Source: Phycisphaera mikurensis NBRC 102666 (GTDB lineage Bacteria > Planctomycetota > Phycisphaerae > Phycisphaerales > Phycisphaeraceae). From it: a stretch of DNA of 32,000 bases. Position 1 is the stretch's first letter. Each line of letters begins with the position of its first letter. The notes under the pieces were generated by a model. That model worked only from the letters and a program-made list of their open reading frames with translations, had not been told where the DNA came from and searched no databases. Positions 16,022 to 24,663 of the stretch are shown piece after piece. The stretch spans positions 870,001 to 902,000 of the forward strand of contig NC_017080.1 of NCBI RefSeq assembly GCF_000284115.1, read 5' to 3'. The position numbers were made by a program, and so were the translations under genes.

Positions 16022-17158
16022 TCAGTAGGTCCGGCCCCGCCAGGTGGCTTTCCCGCCCCCGAGCTTCCGCGCCAGGGCGTACCACTGGATGGCGACGAGG
16101 GTCGCGATGCCCACGGGGCGCAGGAGGAAGGCGCGGACGCCCTGGTGGAAGCGGCGGGTGACCGCGAGATTGGTCGCCAGCGCGAGCGCGGCGGGCGCCA
16201 GCGCCGCCCACGCGGGGACGGGCCAGGCGCCGAGGCACCAAGCGGCGGCGAGCACCCAGGGCAGGACCCAGCCGCCCAGGAGCAGCGTCGTCCAGGGCAG
16301 GATCGCCACCGGGGTCGCCATCGCCTCGGTCGCGTTCTTGGCGAAGCCGGCCCAGGTGCCGCGGAAGTCGTCGTACATGCGGCAGGTCGCGCTGCCGGTG
16401 CCGTCGAAGAGATCGGTGAGGTGGCCGGCCCGTCGGAAGGTTCGCGGCAGGGCGACGCCGTCGTGGATGCTGTGGCGGATCGCCGCGTGGCCGCCGCAGC
16501 CGAGGTAGGCGTCGCGGTCGGCGGCGAACCACTGGCCGCAGCCGGCCCCGAAGCCCGGCAGGGTCGAGGCGCGCATCCGCTTCATCGGCAGGTAGCCCAC
16601 GAGCACGGCGGCGATCTGCGGCACCACGAGGTCCTCCCCGGCGGAGGTCGTGAGCTGCTCGGGGAAGCCCGAGACCAGCGCGGCCGGGTTGCGGTCGAGC
16701 TCGGCGACGAGGCGGGCGAGCGTGCCGGGCCGGAGGCGCACGTCGGCGTCGATCCAGGCGAGCCGGCGGTGTCTCGCACGCTGGGCGAGCACCCAGCAGG
16801 CGTGCTGCTTGCCGTTCCACCCCTCCGGCAGCGGGGGCGCACGCTCCAGGCGCACCCGCGGGTCTTCGGCGGCGAGGGCCTCCACGGCGGCGGCCGTGCC
16901 GTCGGTGGAGTGGTCGTCGAGCACCACGACCTCCAGCGGCTCGACGCCGCCGGCCGCGGCGAGCACCGCCCGCACGCAGCCGGCGATGCCCGCCGCCTCG
17001 TCGCGGGCGGGGATGAGCACCGAGAGCCCGCCCGGCCCGGCCGGCGGGGCGGGCGCCTCGGGCAGCCGCCTGAAGCGCCCGAGGTTGCGGAAGGTCATCC
17101 AGGCGGGCAGGGCGGCGAGGGCCAGGATCACGAGCGAAGCGGCCAGCGGCCAGGTCAT
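16022..17158 (-). CDS. Membrane-anchored family-2 glycosyltransferase
   Basis: The 378-aa ORF has an N-terminal TM segment. GT2 signatures follow: LSVLIPARDEAAGIAGCV, VVVLDDHSTDGT and WIDADVRL. C-terminal TM helices are present. It is the last gene of a minus-strand operon that also holds two acyltransferases. Confidence 0.8.
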   Translation of the reverse strand: MTWPLAASLVILALAALPAWMTFRNLGRFRRLPEAPAPPAGPGGLSVLIPARDEAAGIAGCVRAVLAAAGGVEPLEVVVLDDHSTDGTAAAVEALAAEDPRVRLERAPPLPEGWNGKQHACWVLAQRARHRRLAWIDADVRLRPGTLARLVAELDRNPAALVSGFPEQLTTSAGEDLVVPQIAAVLVGYLPMKRMRASTLPGFGAGCGQWFAADRDAYLGCGGHAAIRHSIHDGVALPRTFRRAGHLTDLFDGTGSATCRMYDDFRGTWAGFAKNATEAMATPVAILPWTTLLLGGWVLPWVLAAAWCLGAWPVPAWAALAPAALALATNLAVTRRFHQGVRAFLLRPVGIATLVAIQWYALARKLGGGKATWRGRTY

Positions 17159-17207
17159 GCGCGAGCGTAGGGAGCGGCCGTGGGCGCTCCACGCCGCCGC
17201 GCCGGCT

Positions 17208-18053
17208 TCAGCCGCGGGCGTCTTCGCCGTGCTCGGCGACGTAGGGCCGCCCGCGTGCCCAAGCTTTTGCGCGGCCCCAGAGGCCGTAGATCCCGCCGGG
17301 GCCGGCGGTGCCGCCGAGCACGGTGTCGAAGCGCGCGGGGTCCTGCCGCTCGGCGGCGACGGCGAGGCGGTCCATCGCGTCCTCGAGGCCGCCCTCCAGC
17401 GCCCGCTGCGCCGCGTCGACCCCGCCGGCCTCGCCCGCGAGCTCCGGGAGCGGCGTCGGCGTGCCGGCGGCGATCAGCAGCTCGGGGGTCTTGTCGTGCC
17501 AGAACGGGTACTCGACCGCGAGCGGGAGCACGACGACGCGGCCGGCGCGCGGATCCCTCGCGAGGCGGACGCAGAGGTGCGCGAGGCCCGGCCGCAGCCG
17601 GACCGGCCGGACCCGCGGGTCGGTGAAGGCGCCCTGCCCGGTGACCCAGAGCGACGCCCCCGGCGTCTTCAGCGCCGCGACGCCGGCCCGCAGGAAGGCC
17701 CGGCCGCCGGCGGCGCTGCCCGGGTCGACGCCGAAGAAGCCCAGCCGCTTGAAGACGCCGTAGCGCTCGAGCATCTCCGCGTGGATCGGCGCGTAGCTGA
17801 CCCCCTCACGCATCGGCGTGATGCTGCGCAGGACCACGCAGGTCATCGGGTCCCACCAGGCCGCGTGGTTCATCACGACCAGCACCGGGGCCTCGCGGGG
17901 GAGGCCCGACAGCGCCGGCCGGCTCGCCCGCAGCAGCCGCACCGCGTGGAAGTGCTTGGCGACGTACCGCCGGGCGTACCAGGTGAAGCCGCGGACCGCC
18001 GGCTCCCAGACGGCCGGCAGGTCGCGGTCCGCGGCTCGCCCCGGCCGGCTCAC
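17208..18053 (-). CDS. Lysophospholipid-acyltransferase-family protein (second acyltransferase of the operon)
   Basis: The motif is VVMNHAAWWD (NHxxxxD), followed by LWVTGQGAFTD. I propose a GTG start at 18053, which overlaps the upstream TGA stop as GTGA (18053-18050). There is no in-frame ATG near the domain start. The rest of the 489-aa track ORF upstream is Arg/Pro-rich. Confidence 0.7.
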   Translation of the reverse strand: MSRPGRAADRDLPAVWEPAVRGFTWYARRYVAKHFHAVRLLRASRPALSGLPREAPVLVVMNHAAWWDPMTCVVLRSITPMREGVSYAPIHAEMLERYGVFKRLGFFGVDPGSAAGGRAFLRAGVAALKTPGASLWVTGQGAFTDPRVRPVRLRPGLAHLCVRLARDPRAGRVVVLPLAVEYPFWHDKTPELLIAAGTPTPLPELAGEAGGVDAAQRALEGGLEDAMDRLAVAAERQDPARFDTVLGGTAGPGGIYGLWGRAKAWARGRPYVAEHGEDARG

Positions 18054-18784
18054 CGCGGCCCGCCCCCCAGCCGCCGATGGACGGCCGCGTGCAGCGCCAC
18101 CACGCGCTCGTGCACGAGGGCGAGGCCGGCGTCGGGCCCGAGCTCGCGCAGCCGCTTCGGCGGGATCGGCTCTCCGTAGGCGACGCCGATGCGCCCGGTG
18201 GGCGCCGGCAGCTTCGCGTGGATCGGCCAGGCCTCGAAGACGCCGGCGATGCCGACGGGGACCACGGTCGCGTCGGAACGCTTCAGGATCAGCTTGATCC
18301 CGTTCTGGAAGCCCTTCACCGCGCCGTCGGGGGTGCGGGCGCCCTCGGGGAAGAGCAGCAGCGCGTGCCCCTGGTTGAGCTTCTCGATGCAGGCCTTCAT
18401 CGCCTTGATGTCGCCCGCTTCCTGGTCGACCGGGATCGGGTTCATCGGCACGGTCAGCACGCGGTAGAACCTCGACGCCCACAGCGTCTTCCGCGCGAGC
18501 GGGTGGAACTGCCGCTTGTGGCAGCCGAGCCCGACGACGATCGGGTCCAGGAAGCTCTGGTGGTTGGACACAAAGACGACCGGACCGGCGTCGGGGATGT
18601 TCCGGACGCCCCAGGCCCGCCAGCGGTAGCACGCGACGAACCACAGCCAGGCGAGGGCGTGGTAGAGCTGCCACCACAGGATGCGGTGGACCGGCTCGCC
18701 GGGCTGGCGGTTGCGGACCCGCTGCAGGAGGCCGCCGGTCCGGGCGGGGCGGGGCGGCTGGGGCGTGGCGGGATCCCGGGGCAT
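18050..18784 (-). CDS. plsC: 1-acyl-sn-glycerol-3-phosphate acyltransferase-like protein
   Basis: I place the start at ATG 18784 (MPRDP...). The motifs are VFVSNHQSFLDP (block I) and LLLFPEGARTPDG (block III), with an N-terminal hydrophobic anchor. The stop is at 18050-18052. Confidence 0.75.
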   Translation of the reverse strand: MPRDPATPQPPRPARTGGLLQRVRNRQPGEPVHRILWWQLYHALAWLWFVACYRWRAWGVRNIPDAGPVVFVSNHQSFLDPIVVGLGCHKRQFHPLARKTLWASRFYRVLTVPMNPIPVDQEAGDIKAMKACIEKLNQGHALLLFPEGARTPDGAVKGFQNGIKLILKRSDATVVPVGIAGVFEAWPIHAKLPAPTGRIGVAYGEPIPPKRLRELGPDAGLALVHERVVALHAAVHRRLGGGPR

Positions 18785-18881
18785 GGGCGAGCTGGTCCGT
18801 CCGGAGACGCGGGGGCGTGCGGATCGCACCCCGGCGACGCCGCGATGCGGCCCGGAAAGGTAGCGGCGTAGCTTGTGCCCG

Positions 18882-19169
18882 ATGCCCGGCACGCCCCCCT
18901 ACACCGCTTCCGAGGCGCTCGACCGCGGCTTCCTCGCGGCGCGGGCGCAGGCGCTGGAGATTGCGGCGCTGCTCGACCGCCTCGGGCGGGCGGGCCCGAT
19001 CGCGGAGGAGGACCCGCGCCTGCGGGCCTTCCTGGCGGGGCTGCCGGTGCTCACCGACGGCCGGGGCGACCGCGCCCGCCGGATGCTCGAAGCCTGGAGC
19101 GAGCCCCTTGCACCCCCCGCGGACGGCGCCGTGCCCGGGGCGGCGTGCGGCGTCCCCACGGCCCGGTGA
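18882..19169 (+). CDS. Small hypothetical protein (95 aa)
   Basis: GC3 is high. The sequence is plausibly helical (YTASEALDRGFLAARAQALEIAALLDRLGRAGPIAEEDPRLRAFLAGLPVL). It is divergent from plsC. No family is recognised. ATG 18873 is an alternative start. Confidence 0.45.
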   Translation: MPGTPPYTASEALDRGFLAARAQALEIAALLDRLGRAGPIAEEDPRLRAFLAGLPVLTDGRGDRARRMLEAWSEPLAPPADGAVPGAACGVPTAR

Positions 19170-19176
19170 GGCCGCG

Positions 19177-20118
19177 TCAGCCCGCGGACCGCGGCGGTTG
19201 GAGGCCTCGCGGGCCCGCGGTCCGCGGCGCCGCGAGCGCGGCCTCGAGGGCGGCGCGGAAGGCGCGGGCCCGCGCGAAGGTCCACGCCCACAGGCCCACG
19301 GCCAGCGCCAGCAGCAGCAGCGCGGTGGCCGGCGCCACCAGGCCCCGCCACCGCGGACCGATGCGGAAGAGCAGGTCCAAGCGGTCGGCGGCGTTGACGG
19401 CGAGCCCGATCGCGGCCACGGCGACGAGCGCCCGGAAGTAGCCGCGCCACAGCTTCCGCAGCGACAACGCCGCGGCGGGGGCGTCCGCCCGCGCCGCGAG
19501 GTCGTAGAGGTGGCGCCAGGCGAACATCAACCCGATGAAGAACAGCGCATGCGTGCCGCAGAGCGCCGTGTCCTGCAGCGTCCAGCTGCCGCCGACCCCG
19601 CGGCGGCTCGCGAGGGTCCACGCCGACCACGCCACGGCGGCGACCATCGCCGGCAGGCCCAGCGCGGTGAACCAGCGGGCGAACAGGCGGCCGTTGCGCT
19701 GCAGCCAGGGCTCGGGGGGGCCCGGGGGCTTCGTGGTCAGGCTCCACACGCCCGCGGTGGCGACGGCGAGGCCGGGGTAGACGCCCAGCGGCAGCAGCGC
19801 CATGCCGACGCTGAGCCGCCGGGCCCCGCCCAGGACGGCCCCGCGGAACGCCGGCGGGCCCGCGGCGAGCGGATCGGCCTGCGCCTCGACGTCGATCTCG
19901 CGGCCGCACTCGGGGCAGGCCGTCCCGGGCTTGCGGCCGCGGAGCAGGTAGCCGCAGCGCGGGCACGGAAGGTCGGCGTCGATGCGGCCGTCGCCGTCGA
20001 GCCGGACCGGCGGCGACGCCGGGAAGGCGAGCGTGGCGCGGCCGCCGGAGCGCGCCGGGCGGGGCGCGGTGCCCGCCGCCGGGCCGGCGGTCGGCTTCTC
20101 GTGGGGCGGCGTGGACAC
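19177..20118 (-). CDS. Zinc-ribbon membrane protein (hypothetical)
   Basis: The N-terminal CPRCGYLLRG-x7-CPECG motif forms a four-Cys zinc ribbon. At least 5 hydrophobic helices follow. The C-terminal tail (PRTAGPRGLQPPRSAG) is the translation of the hairpin repeat, so the true stop is uncertain. Confidence 0.65.
   Translation of the reverse strand: MSTPPHEKPTAGPAAGTAPRPARSGGRATLAFPASPPVRLDGDGRIDADLPCPRCGYLLRGRKPGTACPECGREIDVEAQADPLAAGPPAFRGAVLGGARRLSVGMALLPLGVYPGLAVATAGVWSLTTKPPGPPEPWLQRNGRLFARWFTALGLPAMVAAVAWSAWTLASRRGVGGSWTLQDTALCGTHALFFIGLMFAWRHLYDLAARADAPAAALSLRKLWRGYFRALVAVAAIGLAVNAADRLDLLFRIGPRWRGLVAPATALLLLALAVGLWAWTFARARAFRAALEAALAAPRTAGPRGLQPPRSAG
19182..19227. terminator. Terminator-like hairpin (CCGCGGACCGCGG / CCGCGGTCCGCGG) between convergent gene ends
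   Basis: A perfect 13-bp inverted repeat spans 19182-19194 / 19215-19227 with a 20-nt loop. It begins 13 nt after the stop of the 95-aa ORF. It lies inside the last 17 codons of the minus-strand ORF 19177-20118. Confidence 0.4.
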
Positions 20119-20320
20119 CGCCCGACGCTATCGCCGCGTGGACGTCTCGGGGTGCGCCTGCGGCACACCGCACCGCGCCTCACCTCCCGCCGCCCCCGCG
20201 GGCGGGCTTCCGCCCCGGCCGCGTCGGTCCCCATCGCCGTGCCAGGGCACGGCCGCTTCGACCTCTCGCCGGAGCGAAAGCCCGCGGACGCGGGAACCGC
20301 AAGGAACGGGGCGCACTTCG

Positions 20321-21751
20321 CTAGCTCCGCTGGAAGCCGAACTCCGGCCGCGGCAGCCGCGTCGGCTTGGCGTGCGGCCCCCGCGGCCTCCCGCCCGCCG
20401 GCTTGGCCGGCTTCCCGGAGGCCTGCGGGTTCGCCGCCCGCCGCGGCGAGCGGGCCATCAGCATCGTCCCGCTGAGCCCGCCGGCGATCAGGAAGTTCAG
20501 CGGGCTCTCCATGCCGTTGAAGAGGCAGTCCACCTGGTAGATCGCCAGCATCATCGCCAGCGCGGTCGAGGGCGCCACCGAGCGCTGCAGCCAGCGGTAC
20601 GCCGGGAACCGCCACAGGAACATCAGCACCGGCAGGATCAGCGAGAGCATGAAGAAGCCCATGCCCAGGATCCCGGCCTTGCCGTAGAGGATGATCCACA
20701 GCCCGTCGGCGACGCTGGTCTTGTCGCCGGCCTCGTTGAACACCGCGGAGCGGTTCCACCCGCCCCAGCCGAAGACCGGCCGCTGCGAGGCCTTCTCGAT
20801 CAGCACGTTCTCGTTGACGAAGCGGAAGTTCAGCGACTGGGCCCGCTCGGAGCTGAAGCGTGCGACGAAGTCGACGAGGTCGGTTCCGTCCCAGACGCCC
20901 TTGGCCCGGGCGATGATGTACAGCGGCGACACCAGCATGAACACGATCATCGGCAGGCGGGTCTGCAGGATCACCGCCGCGAAGAGGGCCGCGGTGACGC
21001 CCACCGCCAGGACGATCGCGCCGGTGCCCTTGCAGAAGAAAGCGACCACCGCGAGAACGGGAACCGCCGCGGCCATCAGCACCGGCGTGCGGCCGATGCG
21101 GACGGGCACCCGGCTCCGCCAGAGGATCAACCCGATGACCGCCCCCGAGCACATGTACAGCGAGGTCATCAGCCCGGACTGCATGAAGCCGCGCGGCCGG
21201 TAGCCGCCCCAGCGGACCGCGTGGGCGAAGCCGTGCTGGTGGAAGCCGTAGAAGTTGCGGTGCAGCGTCGGCGCCATCCGCATCTCCCAGAGGCAGATCG
21301 GGATGTAGGCGAAGGCGCCCATGAGGAAAGCGGTCGCCAGCAGCCGCATGTCGTCGGCGGTCTTGAAGTACATCCGCCCGATGAACCAGGGCAGGGTCCA
21401 GCTGCCCAGCCAGGCGTTGGTCTCGGAGAGGCCGTCGTAGATGCCCAGGCCGTTGGAGATCGACGACGCCATCGGCGAGACGATCGTGAACATGATCAGC
21501 GGGGCGTCGATCCAGCGGAGCTTGAAGCGGATCAGCCGGCCCTGGTCGAAGAGCGCCGTCGCGAGCAGCACCCCCGCCGAGCTGGCCGACATCTTGGTGT
21601 AGTCGGGCAGGCCGCTGAGCTTGTAGCCCGCCATCGGCAGGAACAGCCACGCCAGGAAGAAGCACCAGACCACGGCGCGCTTCGGCGGCATCACCATGAA
21701 CAGCGCGAGGGTGAAGGGGATCCACCCGAACATCGTGAGCGAGGTGAGCAT
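20321..21751 (-). CDS. Polytopic membrane protein, O-antigen ligase / polymerase (Wzy_C)-like
   Basis: The 476-aa ORF has about 10-12 TM helices. A large loop follows a CKGTGAIVLAVG segment. A later segment (ADGLWIILYGKAGILGMGFFMLS) resembles the Wzy_C region. The C-terminal tail is basic. The family call is by pattern only. Confidence 0.5.
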   Translation of the reverse strand: MLTSLTMFGWIPFTLALFMVMPPKRAVVWCFFLAWLFLPMAGYKLSGLPDYTKMSASSAGVLLATALFDQGRLIRFKLRWIDAPLIMFTIVSPMASSISNGLGIYDGLSETNAWLGSWTLPWFIGRMYFKTADDMRLLATAFLMGAFAYIPICLWEMRMAPTLHRNFYGFHQHGFAHAVRWGGYRPRGFMQSGLMTSLYMCSGAVIGLILWRSRVPVRIGRTPVLMAAAVPVLAVVAFFCKGTGAIVLAVGVTAALFAAVILQTRLPMIVFMLVSPLYIIARAKGVWDGTDLVDFVARFSSERAQSLNFRFVNENVLIEKASQRPVFGWGGWNRSAVFNEAGDKTSVADGLWIILYGKAGILGMGFFMLSLILPVLMFLWRFPAYRWLQRSVAPSTALAMMLAIYQVDCLFNGMESPLNFLIAGGLSGTMLMARSPRRAANPQASGKPAKPAGGRPRGPHAKPTRLPRPEFGFQRS

Positions 21752-21959
21752 GCGCAGGGCCTATCGGCGGAATCCGGGTGCGGCATCGACGGGCCGCCCG
21801 GCGGCCGCTCAAGCGTCCGCCGCGGCGAGCCGACACGGTCGCGAACAACGTAGGAGCGGCGGGCGCCCGGAGACGGCCGCGACCGGGGGCGCGGCCAAAG
21901 CGTTCCGTGTCTCTACCGTTGCCTCCGCCTCGCCCGCCCTCCGGCCCGATGATCACCGC

Positions 21960-23351
21960 ATGCCCGACCGCCACCGCAAGCACTTCGTCCTCGACACCAA
22001 CGTCCTCCTGCACAACTCCGCGGCCCTGCGTCTGTTCGACGACAACCACGTGGTCATCCCCTTCGCGGTGGTCGAGGAGCTGGACACCTTCAAGAAGAAC
22101 AACGACGACAACGGCCGGGCCGCCCGCGAGGTGATCCGCCAGCTCGACCGGCTGCGGAAGAAGGGCAAGCTCAACGAGGGCATCGTGTGGAACGACCACG
22201 GCGGCACGGTCCGGATCGCCTTCGCCAGCGACGGCGACGCCCCGCCGAACATCAAGCTCGACTCGCCCGACAACCGCATCATCGCGGTGGCCTGGAAGCT
22301 CCAGGAGGAGGGCCGCGAGGCGGTGCTGGTGACCAAGGACATCAACGTCCGCATCCGCACCGACGCGCTGGGCGTGCCCACCGAGGACTTCGAGGCCCAG
22401 AAGGTGGACGCCGACCGGATGTACCGCGGCTACGAGGAGGTGACCGCGCCCGACGAGCTCATCGACGAGCTGTACGCGGAGAAGCAGCTGGAGCTGGAGG
22501 CCATCGAGCCTTACCTGGTGCGGCCGCCCGAGGAGGAGGGCGGCGCGCCGGTGCCCTTCGCGCTGCACGCGAACCAGTTCGCCCACCTGCGGGGCACCGG
22601 CTCGGGCAGCCACGTCGGCCTCGGCCGCCGGCTCGCCGACACCGATCACCTCATCCCGATCCAGAACCAGCGCAAGGCCGTGCACGGCATCGTCGCCCGC
22701 AACGTGCAGCAGACGATGGCGCTGGACCTCCTGCTCGACGACGACATCCCGCTGGTCACGCTGCTGGGCTCGGCGGGCACGGGCAAGACGATGCTCGCGC
22801 TCGCCGCGGGCATGACCCGCACCGTCCAGGAAGACCGTTACGACAAGCTCCTGGTGGCCCGGCCGATCATGCCGATGGGCCGCGACATCGGCTACCTGCC
22901 CGGCACCAAGGACGAGAAGCTGGGCGCTTGGATGCAGCCGATCTTCGACAACCTCGAGTACCTGCTCTCGCGGCGCGGCGTGGGCAGCCCGCACGCCGAG
23001 AGCCGAACCTCCGAAGCCCGCGTGGAGAACCTGCTCAGCCAGGGCAAAGTCGTGCTCGAGCCGCTCACGTACATCCGCGGCCGCAGCATCCCCAACAACT
23101 TCATGATCGTCGACGAGGCGCAGAACCTCACGCCCCACGAGGTGAAGACCATCGTCAGCCGCGTGGGCGAGGGCACCAAGATCGTGCTCACCGGGGACGT
23201 GCACCAGATCGACAACCCGTACCTGGACACCGCGAGCAACGGCCTGGCGTACCTCATCGAGCGGCTGAAGGGCCATCCGCTGGTGGGGCACGTGACGCTG
23301 GCCAAGAGCGAGCGGAGCGAGCTGGCGAGCCTCGCGGCGGAGCGGCTGTAG
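21960..23351 (+). CDS. phoH2: PhoH2-type protein: N-terminal PIN domain fused to a PhoH-like ATPase
   Basis: I place the start at ATG 21960 (MPDRHRKHFVLDTNVLLHN...VIPFAVVEELD..., PIN acidic residues). Walker A is GSAGTGKT. Walker B is MIVDEAQNLTPHE. The PhoH motif is LTGDVHQIDNPYLD. Confidence 0.9.
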   Translation: MPDRHRKHFVLDTNVLLHNSAALRLFDDNHVVIPFAVVEELDTFKKNNDDNGRAAREVIRQLDRLRKKGKLNEGIVWNDHGGTVRIAFASDGDAPPNIKLDSPDNRIIAVAWKLQEEGREAVLVTKDINVRIRTDALGVPTEDFEAQKVDADRMYRGYEEVTAPDELIDELYAEKQLELEAIEPYLVRPPEEEGGAPVPFALHANQFAHLRGTGSGSHVGLGRRLADTDHLIPIQNQRKAVHGIVARNVQQTMALDLLLDDDIPLVTLLGSAGTGKTMLALAAGMTRTVQEDRYDKLLVARPIMPMGRDIGYLPGTKDEKLGAWMQPIFDNLEYLLSRRGVGSPHAESRTSEARVENLLSQGKVVLEPLTYIRGRSIPNNFMIVDEAQNLTPHEVKTIVSRVGEGTKIVLTGDVHQIDNPYLDTASNGLAYLIERLKGHPLVGHVTLAKSERSELASLAAERL

Positions 23352-23419
23352 CGTCGGGGTCGCTTCCGCGGACCTGCGGGAGGCCCGCCGGGCCGTGGAT
23401 TTTCGGGTAAGGTTCGGGG

Positions 23420-24607
23420 ATGGACGATCCCGGGGATGCTCGGCCGGACAAGGCCGCGGAGGTGCTGGCGGTTCTGACGCTGCTGCTGACGCCGGGGCTG
23501 GGCCGGGTGAAGCTGCGGGCGGGGCTGGGCCACTTCGGATCCGCCGCCGCGGCCGCCGCGAGCGCGGACTGGTCGCGCGTGCCGGGGGTCGGCGAGCGCG
23601 CCGCCGGGAACCTGGGCCGGGCGCTCGCGGCGACGCGGGCGGCCGGGAGGGCGGAGGCGGAGCTGGCGGCCGCCGCGGCGGTGGGTGCGGAGGCGGTGCT
23701 GCTGGAGGACCTGCCCTTCGCCCTGCAGCGGACGCCGGACGCGCCGCCGCTGCTGTTCGTCCGCGGCCGCTTCGTGGTGGAGGATGCGCTCGCGGTGGGC
23801 GTGGTCGGCTCGCGGGCCTGCTCGGCCTACGGCCGCGAGCAGGCGGCCCGCTTCGCCGCTCATGCGGCCGATGCGGGCATGACCGTGGTCAGCGGCGGGG
23901 CCCGCGGCATCGACGGCGAGGCGCACCGGGCGGTGCTGCGGCGCCTGGAGCTCGGAGGCCGCGGCCGCACGGTGGCCGTGCTCGGCTCGGGCCTGGGCAA
24001 GCCCTACCCCGCCGAGCACGCCGGGATGTTCGAGGAGATCGTCGACCGCGGCGGCGTCGTCTGCTCGGAGCTGCCGGTGGGCACGCCGCCCTCGAAGCAG
24101 AGCTTCCCGGCACGCAACCGGATCATCAGCGGGCTCTCGCTGGGGATCCTCGTGGTGGAGGCGGCGGACCGCAGCGGCGCCTCGATCACCGCCCGCCTCG
24201 CCTCCGACGAGCACGGCCGCGTCGTCATGGCGATCCCCGGACGCCTCAGCGACCCGAGCTCGGCCGGCTGCCACCGCATGATCCGCGAGGGCGCGACGCT
24301 GGTGAGCTCGCCGCCGGAGATGCTCGACGCGCTCGGCGAGGCCGGGCAGCGCCTGCAGGAGGAGCTGGAAGCCCGCGGCGACCTCGCGCCCGACGCGTCC
24401 GCCGACGCCGAGCCCATCGCCGTCGCGTCGCTGACGGAGCTGCAGAAGCGGGTCGTCGCGGCGCTGCCCGAGCGGGGCGGCGCCGGGGTGGACGCCCTCG
24501 CCGCCGCCACCGGTCTGCCGGCGGCCTCGCTGTTCGGCGAACTGACGGTGCTCGAGCTTCGCGGCGTCATCACCAAGAGCAGCGCGGGTTTCCGCCAGCG
24601 CGGATGA
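23420..24607 (+). CDS. dprA: DNA-processing protein A (DNA-protecting protein for transformation / recombination mediator)
   Basis: The Rossmann-like core reads VGVVGSRACSAYGREQA...VVSGGARGIDGEAHRA...TVAVLGSGLGKPYPAEH...FPARNRIISGLS...VVEAADRSGASITAR. A C-terminal winged-helix-like tail follows. Confidence 0.9.
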   Translation: MDDPGDARPDKAAEVLAVLTLLLTPGLGRVKLRAGLGHFGSAAAAAASADWSRVPGVGERAAGNLGRALAATRAAGRAEAELAAAAAVGAEAVLLEDLPFALQRTPDAPPLLFVRGRFVVEDALAVGVVGSRACSAYGREQAARFAAHAADAGMTVVSGGARGIDGEAHRAVLRRLELGGRGRTVAVLGSGLGKPYPAEHAGMFEEIVDRGGVVCSELPVGTPPSKQSFPARNRIISGLSLGILVVEAADRSGASITARLASDEHGRVVMAIPGRLSDPSSAGCHRMIREGATLVSSPPEMLDALGEAGQRLQEELEARGDLAPDASADAEPIAVASLTELQKRVVAALPERGGAGVDALAAATGLPAASLFGELTVLELRGVITKSSAGFRQRG

Positions 24608-24616
24608 GGCTTCCCG

Positions 24617-24662
24617 CCGCGGACCGCGGCCCGGGCACGCCCTCGCGGGGCGCGGTCCGCGG
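24617..24662. terminator. Bidirectional terminator-like hairpin (CCGCGGACCGCG / CGCGGTCCGCGG) between convergent dprA and the PhyH-family gene
   Basis: A perfect 12-bp inverted repeat spans 24617-24628 / 24651-24662 with a 22-nt loop. It starts 10 nt after the dprA stop and ends 2 nt before the stop of the minus-strand gene. No U-tract. Confidence 0.45.
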
Positions 24663-24663
24663 A

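Noticed and set aside
12117-17192. Long ORFs 12117-14480 plus, 13051-14436 minus, 14243-17170 plus and 14928-17192 minus, spanning several real genes and the repeat array.
   Set aside because: They have shadow-ORF composition. They cross the 151/181-bp repeat array, whose period is not a multiple of 3. They are contradicted by the well-supported WYL, GSP17M-like, GT2 and kinase-like frames.
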